DNA from: a virus
Lineage: Duplodnaviria > Heunggongvirae > Uroviricota > Caudoviricetes
Direction: 5' to 3' (one strand)
DNA: 64,000 nt
Virus record (IMG/VR): IMGVR_UViG_3300010049_000009
Span: 128,001 to 192,000 of that record
This document shows, in pieces, positions 39,941-50,428 of this stretch. The position numbers were made by a program, and so were the translations under genes. The notes under the pieces are model-generated. The model saw nothing but the letters and a program-made list of their open reading frames with translations, ran no database searches and was not told where the DNA came from. Position 1 is the stretch's first letter. Each line of letters starts with the position of its first letter.

Positions 39941-40228
39941 ATGTTCAATTTATCAAACATAAAAATATCCGATATATTTTCAAAGATAGGTGATAGAAAA
40001 ATAACTGACAGAAAATATATAAACGGTTGCCTTATAATTGCAATGGTGTTATTTTGTACATTGGTATATTTGATTATCACAAATATCAAATGGATACTAT
40101 TGGGAATAATAGTTTGGGCGGCGATTTATTTCGGCAAACAAGTATATTATAACCATAAAAACAAAGGGCAATTGAAAATATTAGGATATGAAAAACATCA
40201 AAAGTTTGATGAATATACGGAGTTGTAA
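39941..40228 (+). CDS. membrane protein
   Basis: Two hydrophobic segments. Confidence 0.65.
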   Translation: MFNLSNIKISDIFSKIGDRKITDRKYINGCLIIAMVLFCTLVYLIITNIKWILLGIIVWAAIYFGKQVYYNHKNKGQLKILGYEKHQKFDEYTEL

Positions 40229-40266
40229 GTGAGTATTTTAAAACAAATTTAATAAATATATAATAT

Positions 40267-41007
40267 ATGTTAGTAGAAAACAATCGTCAACAAATACTGT
40301 TGGACTTCTTAAACCAATTAGAAGAAAATAATTGTATCATTACAGTTGGTAAACGTTGTGATTTTATACCCGCAGTTTTTAGACAGGGTACGAAATATCA
40401 AGTGTATATAGACCAATTTTCGCAATTTCACGATTACGAAGATGTAACCATACTGATTGATAAAATTATCAGGTATGTACCTGACAATGAGTTTATCGAA
40501 TATAAACTTATTTCAATCGAAGAGTTTGGGCAAAAACGTATAAATGATATTAGAAATAACATCCAAAAGAGATTAGATAATATTGATGCACCGGAAAATC
40601 AAGATTTCAAAAACATTATAAGTGATGTTGAAAGAGATATTTCTACATATGTTCTTGCAGACGGAAAAATAAAATATTTGGTGGGTGCTGTATCAACCGA
40701 TGAAGATTGGTATTATATGTATCTTATTCCTAAAAACGCATCAATCAGTGTTGAATATGGTACGTGTGTAGGATTTTACATACCACTACACAGATATTTA
40801 CCTGCGGAAGAATATGAAAGAGTACATGATTACACAATAACAAAGGCACTCAAAGAAGAAAATTTGGAAAAAACCAAACAATGGTTTTATAATAAATTTG
40901 TTGATACAACAGATATGGTTCCATTTACCAATGTGGGTATTAAACCGGGTGAGTGGTGGGAACCATTTTCATTTTTAACTGATAATAATACTTTTTCACC
41001 CGCATAA
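40267..41007 (+). CDS. hypothetical protein
   Basis: 246-aa ORF. Confidence 0.7.
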   Translation: MLVENNRQQILLDFLNQLEENNCIITVGKRCDFIPAVFRQGTKYQVYIDQFSQFHDYEDVTILIDKIIRYVPDNEFIEYKLISIEEFGQKRINDIRNNIQKRLDNIDAPENQDFKNIISDVERDISTYVLADGKIKYLVGAVSTDEDWYYMYLIPKNASISVEYGTCVGFYIPLHRYLPAEEYERVHDYTITKALKEENLEKTKQWFYNKFVDTTDMVPFTNVGIKPGEWWEPFSFLTDNNTFSPA

Positions 41008-41819
41008 TGATAACTCCGAATACTATACTTAACGGTGATAGTGAAGAAGTATTAAAAACTTTTCCTCGTGATATGGTGGATTTAACATTTTGTAGTCCAC
41101 CATACTATAATGCGAGAGAATATTCACAATATGAAGATTACGATTCATATTTACAAACAATGTGTCGAATATTTAATCAGGTGTATAGGGTTACAAAAGA
41201 GGGGAGGTTTTTAGTAATAAACGTATCACCTGTCATAGAACCAAGATTAAGTCGGGCGCACCAATCAAAGCGGTATCCCATACCGTTTGATTTGGTGTAT
41301 ATGTTGACAAGAACAAAACCATTAGGATTTTACCAACACCCTTACTCTAACATGCCGGGTTGGGATTTCATTGAGGATATCATTTGGGAAAAACCTGAAT
41401 CTTCGGTCAAAAATCGCAACGGACAATTCTTTCAACATAGAAAACCATTATCATATAAACCGAATATTGTACATGAATATTTATTGGTTTTTCGCAAACA
41501 CACTGATAGGTTAATTGATTGGAATTTGCGACAATATCGTAGCGATACAATAGAAGAAAGTAAGGTGGAAGACGGATATGAAAAAACCTCTATATGGGAA
41601 ATACACCCAAAGAGTTCTAAACACCATCCGGCGATTTTTCCCGAAGAACTTTCTGAAAGAGTAATCAAATATTATTCAATGGTCGGCGACACTGTTTTGG
41701 ACCCATTCAGTGGTATCGGAACAACTTGTAAGGTTGCAAAAAAATTAAAAAGAGGGTATATTGGTATTGAACTGAACAATGAATATTATGAGTATTCATT
41801 GAAAAATGTTGAGAATTGA
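41007..41819 (+). CDS. N4-C/N6-A DNA methyltransferase (beta class)
   Basis: CSPPY, IIWEKP, HPAIFP, VLDPFSGIGTT, IGIEL. Confidence 0.92.
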   Translation: MITPNTILNGDSEEVLKTFPRDMVDLTFCSPPYYNAREYSQYEDYDSYLQTMCRIFNQVYRVTKEGRFLVINVSPVIEPRLSRAHQSKRYPIPFDLVYMLTRTKPLGFYQHPYSNMPGWDFIEDIIWEKPESSVKNRNGQFFQHRKPLSYKPNIVHEYLLVFRKHTDRLIDWNLRQYRSDTIEESKVEDGYEKTSIWEIHPKSSKHHPAIFPEELSERVIKYYSMVGDTVLDPFSGIGTTCKVAKKLKRGYIGIELNNEYYEYSLKNVEN

Positions 41820-41859
41820 TAAAAAATGAATGTATAACTATTTATAAAAAAAATAAAAG

Positions 41860-42216
41860 ATGGATAAAATTAAGAATTTTTTAGCGGAAAATTATTTTTG
41901 GATTGTGTTGATACTGTTCTTTGGTGTGTATCTTCAAACATGTAGTCAGCAACGAAATAATAAAGCATTGGTGAGACAAAATCAACAACTGATCATACAA
42001 AACCACGAATTAATACAACAATTAGATACAATAAAACATGGGTTTGTCAACAAAGAAGAGTTGCAACTCTATATCAAAATTGGTGGTTATGAGGTATCAG
42101 AGAACATTTTAAATGATTTTAATGACTTTGCCAGGTCACGCGCCACCCCGACAGAACGGTCGAGATACTACCAAAACCGAAGGGAAGAAATGGAACTCCG
42201 ACTTAATAATAGGTGA
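41860..42216 (+). CDS. late membrane-anchored coiled-coil protein (spanin-like candidate)
   Basis: Late motif 41838-41845; single N-terminal TM followed by coiled coil. Confidence 0.5.
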   Translation: MDKIKNFLAENYFWIVLILFFGVYLQTCSQQRNNKALVRQNQQLIIQNHELIQQLDTIKHGFVNKEELQLYIKIGGYEVSENILNDFNDFARSRATPTERSRYYQNRREEMELRLNNR

Positions 42217-43193
42217 ATACAATGGGGAAGTGGTTTAGAAAAAATAGAGAAATAGTATTAAAGAGTATATACTCAATACCGATTTGCTTCGCAATAGTAA
42301 TATCGGTATTTCACTGTATAGCGTGGTTTAATATTGCCAACCCCTCACCCTTTGCGATTGCCATGTCAATCGGTTTAGAGGTGGCGGCAGCAACTACACT
42401 AATAGCCCTAATGACAGGGAAAATAACATTCTCAATAATATTAACATTTATTGTGGTCACAATATACCAAATGTTGGGGAACATATTCTTCTCATTTAAT
42501 TTTATAGATGAGAATGGGGAATTGTTTCAAACGTGGGTACAATTTATGACAATAATATTGGGTGAAACTAACACATGGACAACAGAACTACATAAATTTT
42601 GGTTATCTGTTATATCGGGTATTATTGTGCCGGGTCTATCGTTGTTATCATTACACTTAATTGCAACGTTTGAGTTCAAAGAGGATAACCCACCACCAAA
42701 ACAAAAAGTTCCGATAGAAGAAACTGAAACCGAAATTGAAGAGGTGGTTGTGGAAGAAACCCCTGTGGAGGTAATTGAAGATGATATTGTTCAACCCATT
42801 GTTGAAGTAAAGAAAGGAACCCCTGTTATTGAATATCCCATAGCAGTAGAAGAACCCAAAATTGAAGAGGTGGTTGTGGAAGAAACTCCTGTGGAGGTAA
42901 TCGAAGGAGCCCCCGTGATAATAGATGAAGAAATTATTATACCACCTGTAACACCGATTATTATACCCCCTGTTAAGAAGGTGGTAAAAGAAACAAAACC
43001 GGTAAAAGAACCGAAGGTAGTAAAAGATTCGAAGAAAGAAACCACAAAGAAAAATGTGTTAGGTGATCCTAAAATTAAGATTGAAAAGAGCACCAAACCC
43101 GCAATAATAGAACAACCTGTTACAGAAGGTAAAAGTATAAGAAAAATGGGTTTACCTGGATTTAAAGATTATGGTACTAAAAAGGTTACTTAA
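42213..43193 (+). CDS. multi-pass membrane protein with acidic Pro-rich tail (holin-like candidate)
   Basis: About four TM segments, then E/V/P-rich and Lys-rich tail. Confidence 0.55.
   Translation: MNTMGKWFRKNREIVLKSIYSIPICFAIVISVFHCIAWFNIANPSPFAIAMSIGLEVAAATTLIALMTGKITFSIILTFIVVTIYQMLGNIFFSFNFIDENGELFQTWVQFMTIILGETNTWTTELHKFWLSVISGIIVPGLSLLSLHLIATFEFKEDNPPPKQKVPIEETETEIEEVVVEETPVEVIEDDIVQPIVEVKKGTPVIEYPIAVEEPKIEEVVVEETPVEVIEGAPVIIDEEIIIPPVTPIIIPPVKKVVKETKPVKEPKVVKDSKKETTKKNVLGDPKIKIEKSTKPAIIEQPVTEGKSIRKMGLPGFKDYGTKKVT
42733..42906 (+). repeat. 48-nt direct repeat (IEEVVVEETPVEVIE)
   Basis: Copies at 42733-42780 and 42859-42906, two mismatches. Confidence 0.9.
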
Positions 43194-43635
43194 AAGTCTC
43201 CTTAACCTTATTTATAGTCCATTCATTATATAATGTTTTAGCAAATGCATGTAATGCGGTTAAAGCCGTTAAACCATCTTCGCTAACATTGAAATTTTCC
43301 ACGCTAATATGTAGGGGTTCAGTATTTGAAATATCAGTAGTTATTCCGAATTTTAAATTTGAAAGACTTGGTATCACACCGTCTAATGTTATAGTTGATT
43401 TTTCTTTATTAACAACCAAACCATCTTCTTCCATTTTTACATTAGGTATTTTTTGGAGTAATGGATCAATAATTTGATTTTTGACACCAGGATAATTTTG
43501 CTCGTTCACAACAACTTCTTGTGTTGCGTTGTAATCACCCTCATATTCTTCCATCAAACGTTTAGAATTTTTTACATTGATATCACGTATGGTATTTATC
43601 ATACCTCTGAAAACATCTTCTTCTCGGATTCTCAT
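43186..43635 (-). CDS. hypothetical late protein
   Basis: Late motif 43652-43659. Confidence 0.65.
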   Translation of the reverse strand: MRIREEDVFRGMINTIRDINVKNSKRLMEEYEGDYNATQEVVVNEQNYPGVKNQIIDPLLQKIPNVKMEEDGLVVNKEKSTITLDGVIPSLSNLKFGITTDISNTEPLHISVENFNVSEDGLTALTALHAFAKTLYNEWTINKVKETFK

Positions 43636-43659
43636 ATTTCTTGTTTTTTATATAAATAG

Positions 43660-43691
43660 TTTGAAATATAATTTCAAAAACAGTAAGTTTG
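43660..43691 (+). promoter_or_regulatory. Bacteroidetes-type sigmaA promoter (TTTG-20nt-TAAGTTTG)
   Basis: -33 and -7 elements present. Confidence 0.7.
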
Positions 43692-43727
43692 TAGTAAATA
43701 TTTATAAATTAATAAAATTATTCTAAA

Positions 43728-44018
43728 ATGAGTAAGACAGTATTAAAAATCGGGACTCGTAGTTGTCCACCTTGTCATAGATTGAAACCTATCTTTGAGA
43801 CTTTAAAGGAAGAATTTAACGGAAAAATTAATTTCTTGGAAGTAAGCGATGATGGGGATTATGATTTATTTGAAAAATTTTGTGTAAAGTTTAATATTCG
43901 TGGCGTACCTGTCGTAATAGTTATGGATGGTGCGGAAAATGAATTGGAAAGACTTACCGGCCTGAACAATGTGGATACATACAGAGATGTTATCAAAAAA
44001 CACATTATTGTTAATTAA
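43728..44018 (+). CDS. thioredoxin
   Basis: CPPC active site, FNIRGVP cis-Pro motif. Confidence 0.9.
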   Translation: MSKTVLKIGTRSCPPCHRLKPIFETLKEEFNGKINFLEVSDDGDYDLFEKFCVKFNIRGVPVVIVMDGAENELERLTGLNNVDTYRDVIKKHIIVN

Positions 44019-44019
44019 T

Positions 44020-44784
44020 ATGGAAACGGAAGTAAAAAAAAGAAATTATAGAGGGCGCAAACGCCAAAAACCAACTCCAACAGATCCGGAAACAATAGAC
44101 GTAATCAACACTGTTTTGAAGGAATTTGAGGGAGAGGGGAAACCGAAACCGAAAAGACGGAACAAGCGCAAACCGGCGGCAAGTGAACCCCCAACCCAAC
44201 CGGGTGTCATGTTCACCTCCACCATAACGGCACGAAAACCTATGCGCACCCCCTTCCAATTATTTTATGACGAGGGTATATCAAAAACAGGTTGGGCGGG
44301 ATTATTAATCCCGCTTTTTAAAGAAGTTGAAGAGTGGAATAAAGATAAACCCGAAAACGAACACTTTGTGTTTTCTCAAATTAAAGAGAAATGGGGTTCA
44401 TTAAATTTATATAATTACGGTGCAACCGAAGAACAGTGGAAAAGGGTTAAAATGTGTGAACACGCTTCTAATCATATTTGTATGCGTTGCGGTAGCCCAT
44501 TCAAAGTAGGTCGGACAGGTAATTGGATTACCACATTGTGTGAAATATGTGCTAAAAAAGAAGAAAGGTATCATTGGGAACTCCGATATGATTCAGTTAG
44601 AATCACCCCTATTATTAAAATGGCATTGAAATTACAGAAGTTTGGATTTTGGTATAAAGAAAAATCAAGAAGATTATTTTATCGCTTGGCAGTGCGTTGG
44701 GGTTATGTGAGGTTTTTTTGGACACATTACATATTAAGGAGTGATAAGTTAGATAAAACAATGTTTAATTATAAAAAGTATTGA
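44020..44784 (+). CDS. conserved phage protein with zinc finger
   Basis: GW..L...QIKEKWGSLNLY...ICMRCG...TLCEIC; start at ATG 44020. Confidence 0.7.
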   Translation: METEVKKRNYRGRKRQKPTPTDPETIDVINTVLKEFEGEGKPKPKRRNKRKPAASEPPTQPGVMFTSTITARKPMRTPFQLFYDEGISKTGWAGLLIPLFKEVEEWNKDKPENEHFVFSQIKEKWGSLNLYNYGATEEQWKRVKMCEHASNHICMRCGSPFKVGRTGNWITTLCEICAKKEERYHWELRYDSVRITPIIKMALKLQKFGFWYKEKSRRLFYRLAVRWGYVRFFWTHYILRSDKLDKTMFNYKKY

Positions 44785-44785
44785 C

Positions 44786-45553
44786 ATGAATAAGAATGTA
44801 GTATTAAGTGATTTAAGTAGAATTTGCTTCGTAGATATAGAAACTGTTGGACAAAAAATTGATATTGAAAACAACCCAATATTAAGAGAGTTTATCAAAA
44901 AGAAATATAAACTTGAAACTGAAAGCGAAGTAACTAACGAAAGTGTTTTATTACAAGGTGGTCTTTATCCTGAAACCGGTAAAATCATTTGTATTAGTGT
45001 AGGTGTTTTCAACGGTGAGAATTTTAGAGTTAAATCTTTCTATGGTGATGAAGAAGTGGATTTGTTGAAAGATTTTGTGAACATGTTGGAAACAAATAAT
45101 TTTTCATTAAAATATACTCTTTGTGGTCATAATATCGAAGGGTTCGATATTCCGTTCATTGCGAAACGCTGTATCTTGAATGGTATTAAAATACCATTTG
45201 TACTGAACATAATGACCAAGAAGGAGTGGGATTATAACTTCATTGATACAATGAAATTATGGGCGTTTGGTGACACTTACAATAATCGCATTTCTCTGAA
45301 AGTGGCGTGTGAAATATTTGGTATCCCAACAAGTAAGTCGGATATTGATGGTTCCCAAGTATCACAGGTCTATTACCAATCTTTGTTTACACAATCCATT
45401 GCTAAACCAAGTGCGAAAGATAAACAAGCGCATGAAGAAGATTTGAACCGCATTGCCAAGTACTGTGAATCCGATGTTGTAGCAACCGCTCGTCTATTCC
45501 AAAAAATAACCCAAAATGGGTATCTAAAAGACGAAAACATTTTAATACGATAA
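44786..45553 (+). CDS. PolB-like 3'-5' exonuclease (DnaQ fold)
   Basis: FVDIET, GHNIEGFDIPF, DTMKLW, YCESDV. Confidence 0.88.
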   Translation: MNKNVVLSDLSRICFVDIETVGQKIDIENNPILREFIKKKYKLETESEVTNESVLLQGGLYPETGKIICISVGVFNGENFRVKSFYGDEEVDLLKDFVNMLETNNFSLKYTLCGHNIEGFDIPFIAKRCILNGIKIPFVLNIMTKKEWDYNFIDTMKLWAFGDTYNNRISLKVACEIFGIPTSKSDIDGSQVSQVYYQSLFTQSIAKPSAKDKQAHEEDLNRIAKYCESDVVATARLFQKITQNGYLKDENILIR

Positions 45554-45559
45554 ACGGAT

Positions 45560-45781
45560 ATGGAAATTCGAGATATAATTGAAAATAATTCAATGGAAAG
45601 AACATTTAATTACCTTGAACCAAAAGGAATGACAGCAGAAGAGTTTTCGGTAGAAATGAATAGGTTATTAGGTGAGTTTTGCGACCATTTTGTTTGTAAT
45701 CTTTTTGAAATACGCAAACCATTTCAACAGTGGTTACAATTTTTCAATGAAAAATATAAAACTGACGAATATAATAGATAA
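45560..45781 (+). CDS. hypothetical protein
   Basis: ORF. Confidence 0.6.
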   Translation: MEIRDIIENNSMERTFNYLEPKGMTAEEFSVEMNRLLGEFCDHFVCNLFEIRKPFQQWLQFFNEKYKTDEYNR

Positions 45782-46173
45782 TGGAAGAATTTGTAGTATA
45801 TGTAGATTATATAGGTAAAGACGGCACAGGGTTACATATTTACGAACTGTATCTTGCCAAAGACCCTTCGTTGGTATTCGGAGATTATTGGAATGTCCTT
45901 CCAATAGGACAGTGTTCAAAGGATCAAAAGAAACCCCATGAATCTACTATTGACAATAAAATCGAAATACGATTACCCATACTATTAAAATTAGCACAGA
46001 ATAACAATTCATTATCAATGACTGACGTTACCGATAATATATTAGCACTGTGTTGGGAGGATTTATCATATTACGAAGAATATCCCGAATATCGTTTGGT
46101 ATTAAATTATGGTGAAAGCATAGAAAGTGTTAAAGATAAACTTAATAAAAAATTGGAATCTTATGGTAAATAG
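45781..46173 (+). CDS. hypothetical protein
   Basis: ORF. Confidence 0.7.
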   Translation: MEEFVVYVDYIGKDGTGLHIYELYLAKDPSLVFGDYWNVLPIGQCSKDQKKPHESTIDNKIEIRLPILLKLAQNNNSLSMTDVTDNILALCWEDLSYYEEYPEYRLVLNYGESIESVKDKLNKKLESYGK

Positions 46174-46948
46174 TGAAAATATAGTAACAGCAAAGGGTTT
46201 AGATGATTTCACAAATACCCTTATGTGGATGAGCGCAAGATATTGGTTGTCGGCTGACGAAAAAACAGAATTGGAACCCGATTACCCACATAAAATGTGT
46301 GCAAGATATTGGTCTCAAATGTCGAATTTTCAACGACACAGACTCACAATAGATGTAAACCGTGAAAGGGAATATGATTGGGGAAACATAGAACGTTGTG
46401 ATAGATTACTCGGAGAATACAAAAGTTCAAAATGCAATGTGTTTGTTCCATTTCTTAAATGTGATGATTTTGAATTTACAATGATTAGAATGGCGATTTT
46501 ATATGCCTGTGGGCGGCGAACAATAGCAAGCGGTTCATTACCCCACGAAATCATCAAATATCGTTATAAATTTCTATCAGCAGAACAAAAAGCAATTATC
46601 GTTGAAGATTTAACAGGATATTTGGATCGAGTTGAAAAATTAGGTGGAAGGGTGTTCGGCGATAGATTTATTGACGATAAAACGTGGCAAAAGTTTATGG
46701 CGGCATTAGATGTTAATCGTCATTTTGTGGTAATAGCACAAACTCCAAATAGTGATAAACCAAGTGAAAAAATCACTTGTTTTAGGTGTCTTGTAACCAA
46801 TGAACGTTGGAATGAGGGGTTGACTGAACGTATAGTAGTCAATGAAGAGGTTGTTTACCCATTAGATATGTATTTAGACATAAATACAGAATATTGTGAA
46901 ATTTTCATACCAACCGAAAATATCATAAATGAAATCAACATTTGCTAA
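46163..46948 (+). CDS. hypothetical protein with internal duplication
   Basis: LMWMSARYWL / MIRMAILYAC repeats; start trimmed to ATG 46163. Confidence 0.65.
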   Translation: MVNSENIVTAKGLDDFTNTLMWMSARYWLSADEKTELEPDYPHKMCARYWSQMSNFQRHRLTIDVNREREYDWGNIERCDRLLGEYKSSKCNVFVPFLKCDDFEFTMIRMAILYACGRRTIASGSLPHEIIKYRYKFLSAEQKAIIVEDLTGYLDRVEKLGGRVFGDRFIDDKTWQKFMAALDVNRHFVVIAQTPNSDKPSEKITCFRCLVTNERWNEGLTERIVVNEEVVYPLDMYLDINTEYCEIFIPTENIINEINIC

Positions 46949-47057
46949 AATTTGTAATTGTTGCGGAAATGTGATATGTTACGCCGAAAAACCATTTGAA
47001 ATAGGATGGAAATTTGTTTGTATAAAATGTTTAACAAAAAAAAGTAAAAAGAAATGA
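46929..47057 (+). CDS. small zinc-finger protein (42 aa)
   Basis: Manual translation MKSTFAKICNCCGNVICYAEKPFEIGWKFVCIKCLTKKSKKK; fills gap. Confidence 0.5.
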   Translation: MKSTFAKICNCCGNVICYAEKPFEIGWKFVCIKCLTKKSKKK

Positions 47058-47428
47058 GTAAAAGATTAATAGGTAGATATAATATTCCGTTGGGAGAACT
47101 TAAAGTTGGGTATACATATATCATAAGAGATACTTCCACAAACACCTTAACATTACATGAATATTGTATTGAGGATAAACGTAAGAATGTTATTTTGGTT
47201 CGTGTTAATCCCAAAACAGGTAATTGTTTACAGTGGAAAAAAAAGGATACGATAACATACCAAATCATTGATTTTTGGAAAACGGAAGTTCCACTTGTAC
47301 CAACCACTGAAACGGAATCGGAAAACGAATTAGATACATGGAGTTATTTTTCCGCCGCCGGCAAAGAAAAAATAACTGAATTTTTTGCAAACAACCCAAA
47401 CTTCCCCAATAACACTAATAACGAATAA
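47054..47428 (+). CDS. hypothetical protein
   Basis: ORF. Confidence 0.65.
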   Translation: MSKRLIGRYNIPLGELKVGYTYIIRDTSTNTLTLHEYCIEDKRKNVILVRVNPKTGNCLQWKKKDTITYQIIDFWKTEVPLVPTTETESENELDTWSYFSAAGKEKITEFFANNPNFPNNTNNE

Positions 47429-48231
47429 TGGGAAAAATATTAAATGACAAGTATTATACGCCACCCGAACTTGCTGAACGATTAACCAACAAAGCGTTGG
47501 ATATTATTGGTAGAGCAAATGTTAGTGAAATAATCGAACCGGCAGCAGGAAATGGTTCATTTCACAACTTATTTCGTGTGTATAAAGCATACGATATAGA
47601 ACCCGAATCAGATTATGTAACCAAACAAGATTACCTAACTCTCGAAGAAGAATATAAAAAGGGGCGTTTGTATCTTGGTAATCCACCATTCGGTAGTCGA
47701 AATTTATTATCATTGAAATTTCTTAAAAAGAATATGTTGTATGGCGACCATATCGCATACATTCAACCTATTCAAATGTTGGGTGGTTCATTAGTATTCT
47801 ATGAGTTTGATTTACTCCATTCCGAAGATTTGGGGGTTGTGGATTATAGCGGTGTAAAATTACATTGTTGTTTCAACGTGTGGACAAGACCTAAAAGCAC
47901 TAATCTAAATCCCAAACCTGATTTCAGATTAAAAGATGTAGTGATAAAAGAATCAAGAAGAAATTCAACACATGCCACCATTGATAAAATACCACCCGGA
48001 TTTGATTACACAATGTGTAATTGGGGGTCAGGTACATTAGGAAAAGTCCCTGAATTTGTTGGACAATACGCCCAAGAAGTGTATTTTTATCTTAATGATA
48101 AAAGTAAATTAGAATTACTAAAAGAGTTGTTGGAATTTAATAAAATCAGAGAGCAGTGTAAAAATATTTCAATGAAAAGAATGTGTGTTGCACGTATATA
48201 TAAATATTTAGGTGAAAACGGATTTAATTAA
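47428..48231 (+). CDS. DNA adenine methyltransferase (NPPF)
   Basis: DKYYTP, IIEPAAGNGSF, AYDIEP, GNPPFG. Confidence 0.85.
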   Translation: MGKILNDKYYTPPELAERLTNKALDIIGRANVSEIIEPAAGNGSFHNLFRVYKAYDIEPESDYVTKQDYLTLEEEYKKGRLYLGNPPFGSRNLLSLKFLKKNMLYGDHIAYIQPIQMLGGSLVFYEFDLLHSEDLGVVDYSGVKLHCCFNVWTRPKSTNLNPKPDFRLKDVVIKESRRNSTHATIDKIPPGFDYTMCNWGSGTLGKVPEFVGQYAQEVYFYLNDKSKLELLKELLEFNKIREQCKNISMKRMCVARIYKYLGENGFN

Positions 48232-48239
48232 AAAGTAAA

Positions 48240-48815
48240 ATGGCAAAAAATATTGGTTATTTGACCAGCGGAAGAACAGTCGAAAGTGATGAGGTATATA
48301 CACCGGAATATGTTGTGTACGCTATCGAAAAATTTATCAGGGGTAATAAATCTTTTACAAAGATATTATGCCCATTTGATAAAGACGTACATGCTTTTCC
48401 AACGGTTTTGAGAAAATTGGGATACCAAGTTATCAACACCCACTTCAACCCACAAACCGGTGAAGGTAAAAATTTCTTCGATTACACAAAAGAAGATATG
48501 GTGAGAATGGATATTAGATATATAATTTCAAACCCACCATTTTCTATCAAAGACGATGTGTTAAGACACTGTGAAGAATTGGATGTTCCATACGCACTGT
48601 TATTACCATTACCAACACTTCAATCGAATAGACGTTTTCAAGACGTATTTAGCAGAGGTAAAACACAAGTACTAATATTTGATAAGAGAATACCCTATTC
48701 AACAAGAACTAAAACGTGGCAGGAAATGTCAGGAAACCACTTTGCAAGTATCTTTATTTGTAAAAACGTGTTACCACAACCACTTGTTTTTGACGAATTA
48801 ATTGTTAGAAAATGA
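48240..48815 (+). CDS. small adenine-specific DNA methyltransferase
   Basis: DEVYTP, ILCPFD, NFF.Y, IISNPPFS. Confidence 0.8.
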   Translation: MAKNIGYLTSGRTVESDEVYTPEYVVYAIEKFIRGNKSFTKILCPFDKDVHAFPTVLRKLGYQVINTHFNPQTGEGKNFFDYTKEDMVRMDIRYIISNPPFSIKDDVLRHCEELDVPYALLLPLPTLQSNRRFQDVFSRGKTQVLIFDKRIPYSTRTKTWQEMSGNHFASIFICKNVLPQPLVFDELIVRK

Positions 48816-48881
48816 AAGCAGAAACAAATAAGGATCGGAATAATATTGTGTAATTATTTTACTAAATAAAATTAAAATAAA

Positions 48882-50015
48882 ATGAAACTTTTAGAAAAAT
48901 TAATAACAGACATTACAAATGTCAATTGGGATGAGGTTGAAAAGATACCCGAATTTCAAAAACTGAATGAAGGTGGTTATCACGCCGAATGGCATCGTGA
49001 GGGTAGTTCTATGGATCACACTAAATTAGTGGTTAAAACGTGTCAAGATTATATCGAACAACACCCTGATGAACTTTCGGTTTTTGAACGGTGGATTCTA
49101 ATTGCTGCTTCATTATTTCACGATATTGGTAAAGGAAAAGTCGCCAAGTTAAAAGAGGATGGTAATTGGTCTGCACCATATCACGCCGCCGAAGGTGAGC
49201 GTCTTACACGATATTTGCTATGGGATGAACCATTTTTCATAAGAGAAAAAATATGTGGATTGGTTAAATACCACATGAAACCAAAATACTATCGCTTTAA
49301 AAGGGATGACGAAAACGATAGAACCTTTACTGAAATCTTCAACAATTCGGATTGTCGTCTATTGTACTACCTTAATCTATTTGATTCAATGGGTGCAGAT
49401 TCTATTGACAACGAACTTGAAGTTCAACACTGTCAAACATTCAAACAATACGTTAAGGATATGGGATTTTGGGGTGAAAGACCTCTTTATTCTGAACCCC
49501 CCGCAAGAGATTTTCATATCATTATGTTGTGTGGTGTTGCCGGCGCAGGTAAGACGAGCAAATACAAAGATAGATACGAAAAAATGGGTTATGAATTAGT
49601 ATCTCGTGATATTATTCGACAAGAATTGGGAATGGTTGATAAAGACGGTAAGTTTAAAGGTAATAAAGACCAAGAACAAAAAGTAACGAATATTGAACAC
49701 AAACGTATAATAGAATTGTGTGAGCAGAAGAAAAATTTTGTATCAGACAATCTCTTCATACGAAAGAAATATCGTGACGAATTTATTAAAATGGTATCAC
49801 CATATAAACCACTTATCGAAATTATCTATGTTGAAACATTGAAACATGCCCACCTTTTTAGAAGAGAAGGGCAAATACATCCAAATACCATTCTGAATAT
49901 GATGAAGGAAATGGATTTACCATACCCAACAGAAACAGACGTGGTTATTTATACTCGAAACGGTGATGATGGTGAACCACCAACAGAAGAAAAAGAAAAT
50001 GAGCACAACAGTTAA
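48882..50015 (+). CDS. HD-domain phosphohydrolase fused to P-loop (polynucleotide) kinase
   Basis: WHREG...HT, LFHDIGK, HA..GE, YHM; MLCGVAGAGKT, SRDIIR, DNL. Confidence 0.85.
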   Translation: MKLLEKLITDITNVNWDEVEKIPEFQKLNEGGYHAEWHREGSSMDHTKLVVKTCQDYIEQHPDELSVFERWILIAASLFHDIGKGKVAKLKEDGNWSAPYHAAEGERLTRYLLWDEPFFIREKICGLVKYHMKPKYYRFKRDDENDRTFTEIFNNSDCRLLYYLNLFDSMGADSIDNELEVQHCQTFKQYVKDMGFWGERPLYSEPPARDFHIIMLCGVAGAGKTSKYKDRYEKMGYELVSRDIIRQELGMVDKDGKFKGNKDQEQKVTNIEHKRIIELCEQKKNFVSDNLFIRKKYRDEFIKMVSPYKPLIEIIYVETLKHAHLFRREGQIHPNTILNMMKEMDLPYPTETDVVIYTRNGDDGEPPTEEKENEHNS

Positions 50016-50100
50016 TGTACTTATTGCGTTAGCACCCTTTATAATAGCGACAATATTCGGTATAATAATGAGCATAAAAGCAAGTAAAAACGAAAATTAA
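49999..50100 (+). CDS. small membrane peptide (33 aa)
   Basis: MSTTVNVLIALAPFIIATIFGIIMSIKASKNEN fills gap. Confidence 0.4.
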   Translation: MSTTVNVLIALAPFIIATIFGIIMSIKASKNEN

Positions 50101-50112
50101 TAAAATAAAAAA

Positions 50113-50421
50113 ATGGTTGATAATTATGTAATAGGATTTATTTTTGGTATGATAGGCACATTTGCTTATGTTATGTTCTTACTTTTTGTTGGTGATGATT
50201 CAATAGATTGGAAAAAAAGAAAACCACGTAAGAATAATTACAATAGGGATTTTATAATAAAAATTAGTTATTACCTCCAAGACGGTACTATTGAAAAAGT
50301 AGATTATCATATTGCAAAGAGGTATGTGTGTGATCGAGGTTTTGAGGTTTCCGATGATACAGCAAAAACCTATATCTATTATGAAAGAGCAAATAATGTA
50401 GAATGGAAACTAATTAAATAG
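50113..50421 (+). CDS. membrane-anchored hypothetical protein
   Basis: N-terminal TM segment. Confidence 0.65.
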   Translation: MVDNYVIGFIFGMIGTFAYVMFLLFVGDDSIDWKKRKPRKNNYNRDFIIKISYYLQDGTIEKVDYHIAKRYVCDRGFEVSDDTAKTYIYYERANNVEWKLIK

Positions 50422-50428
50422 TTGAAAA

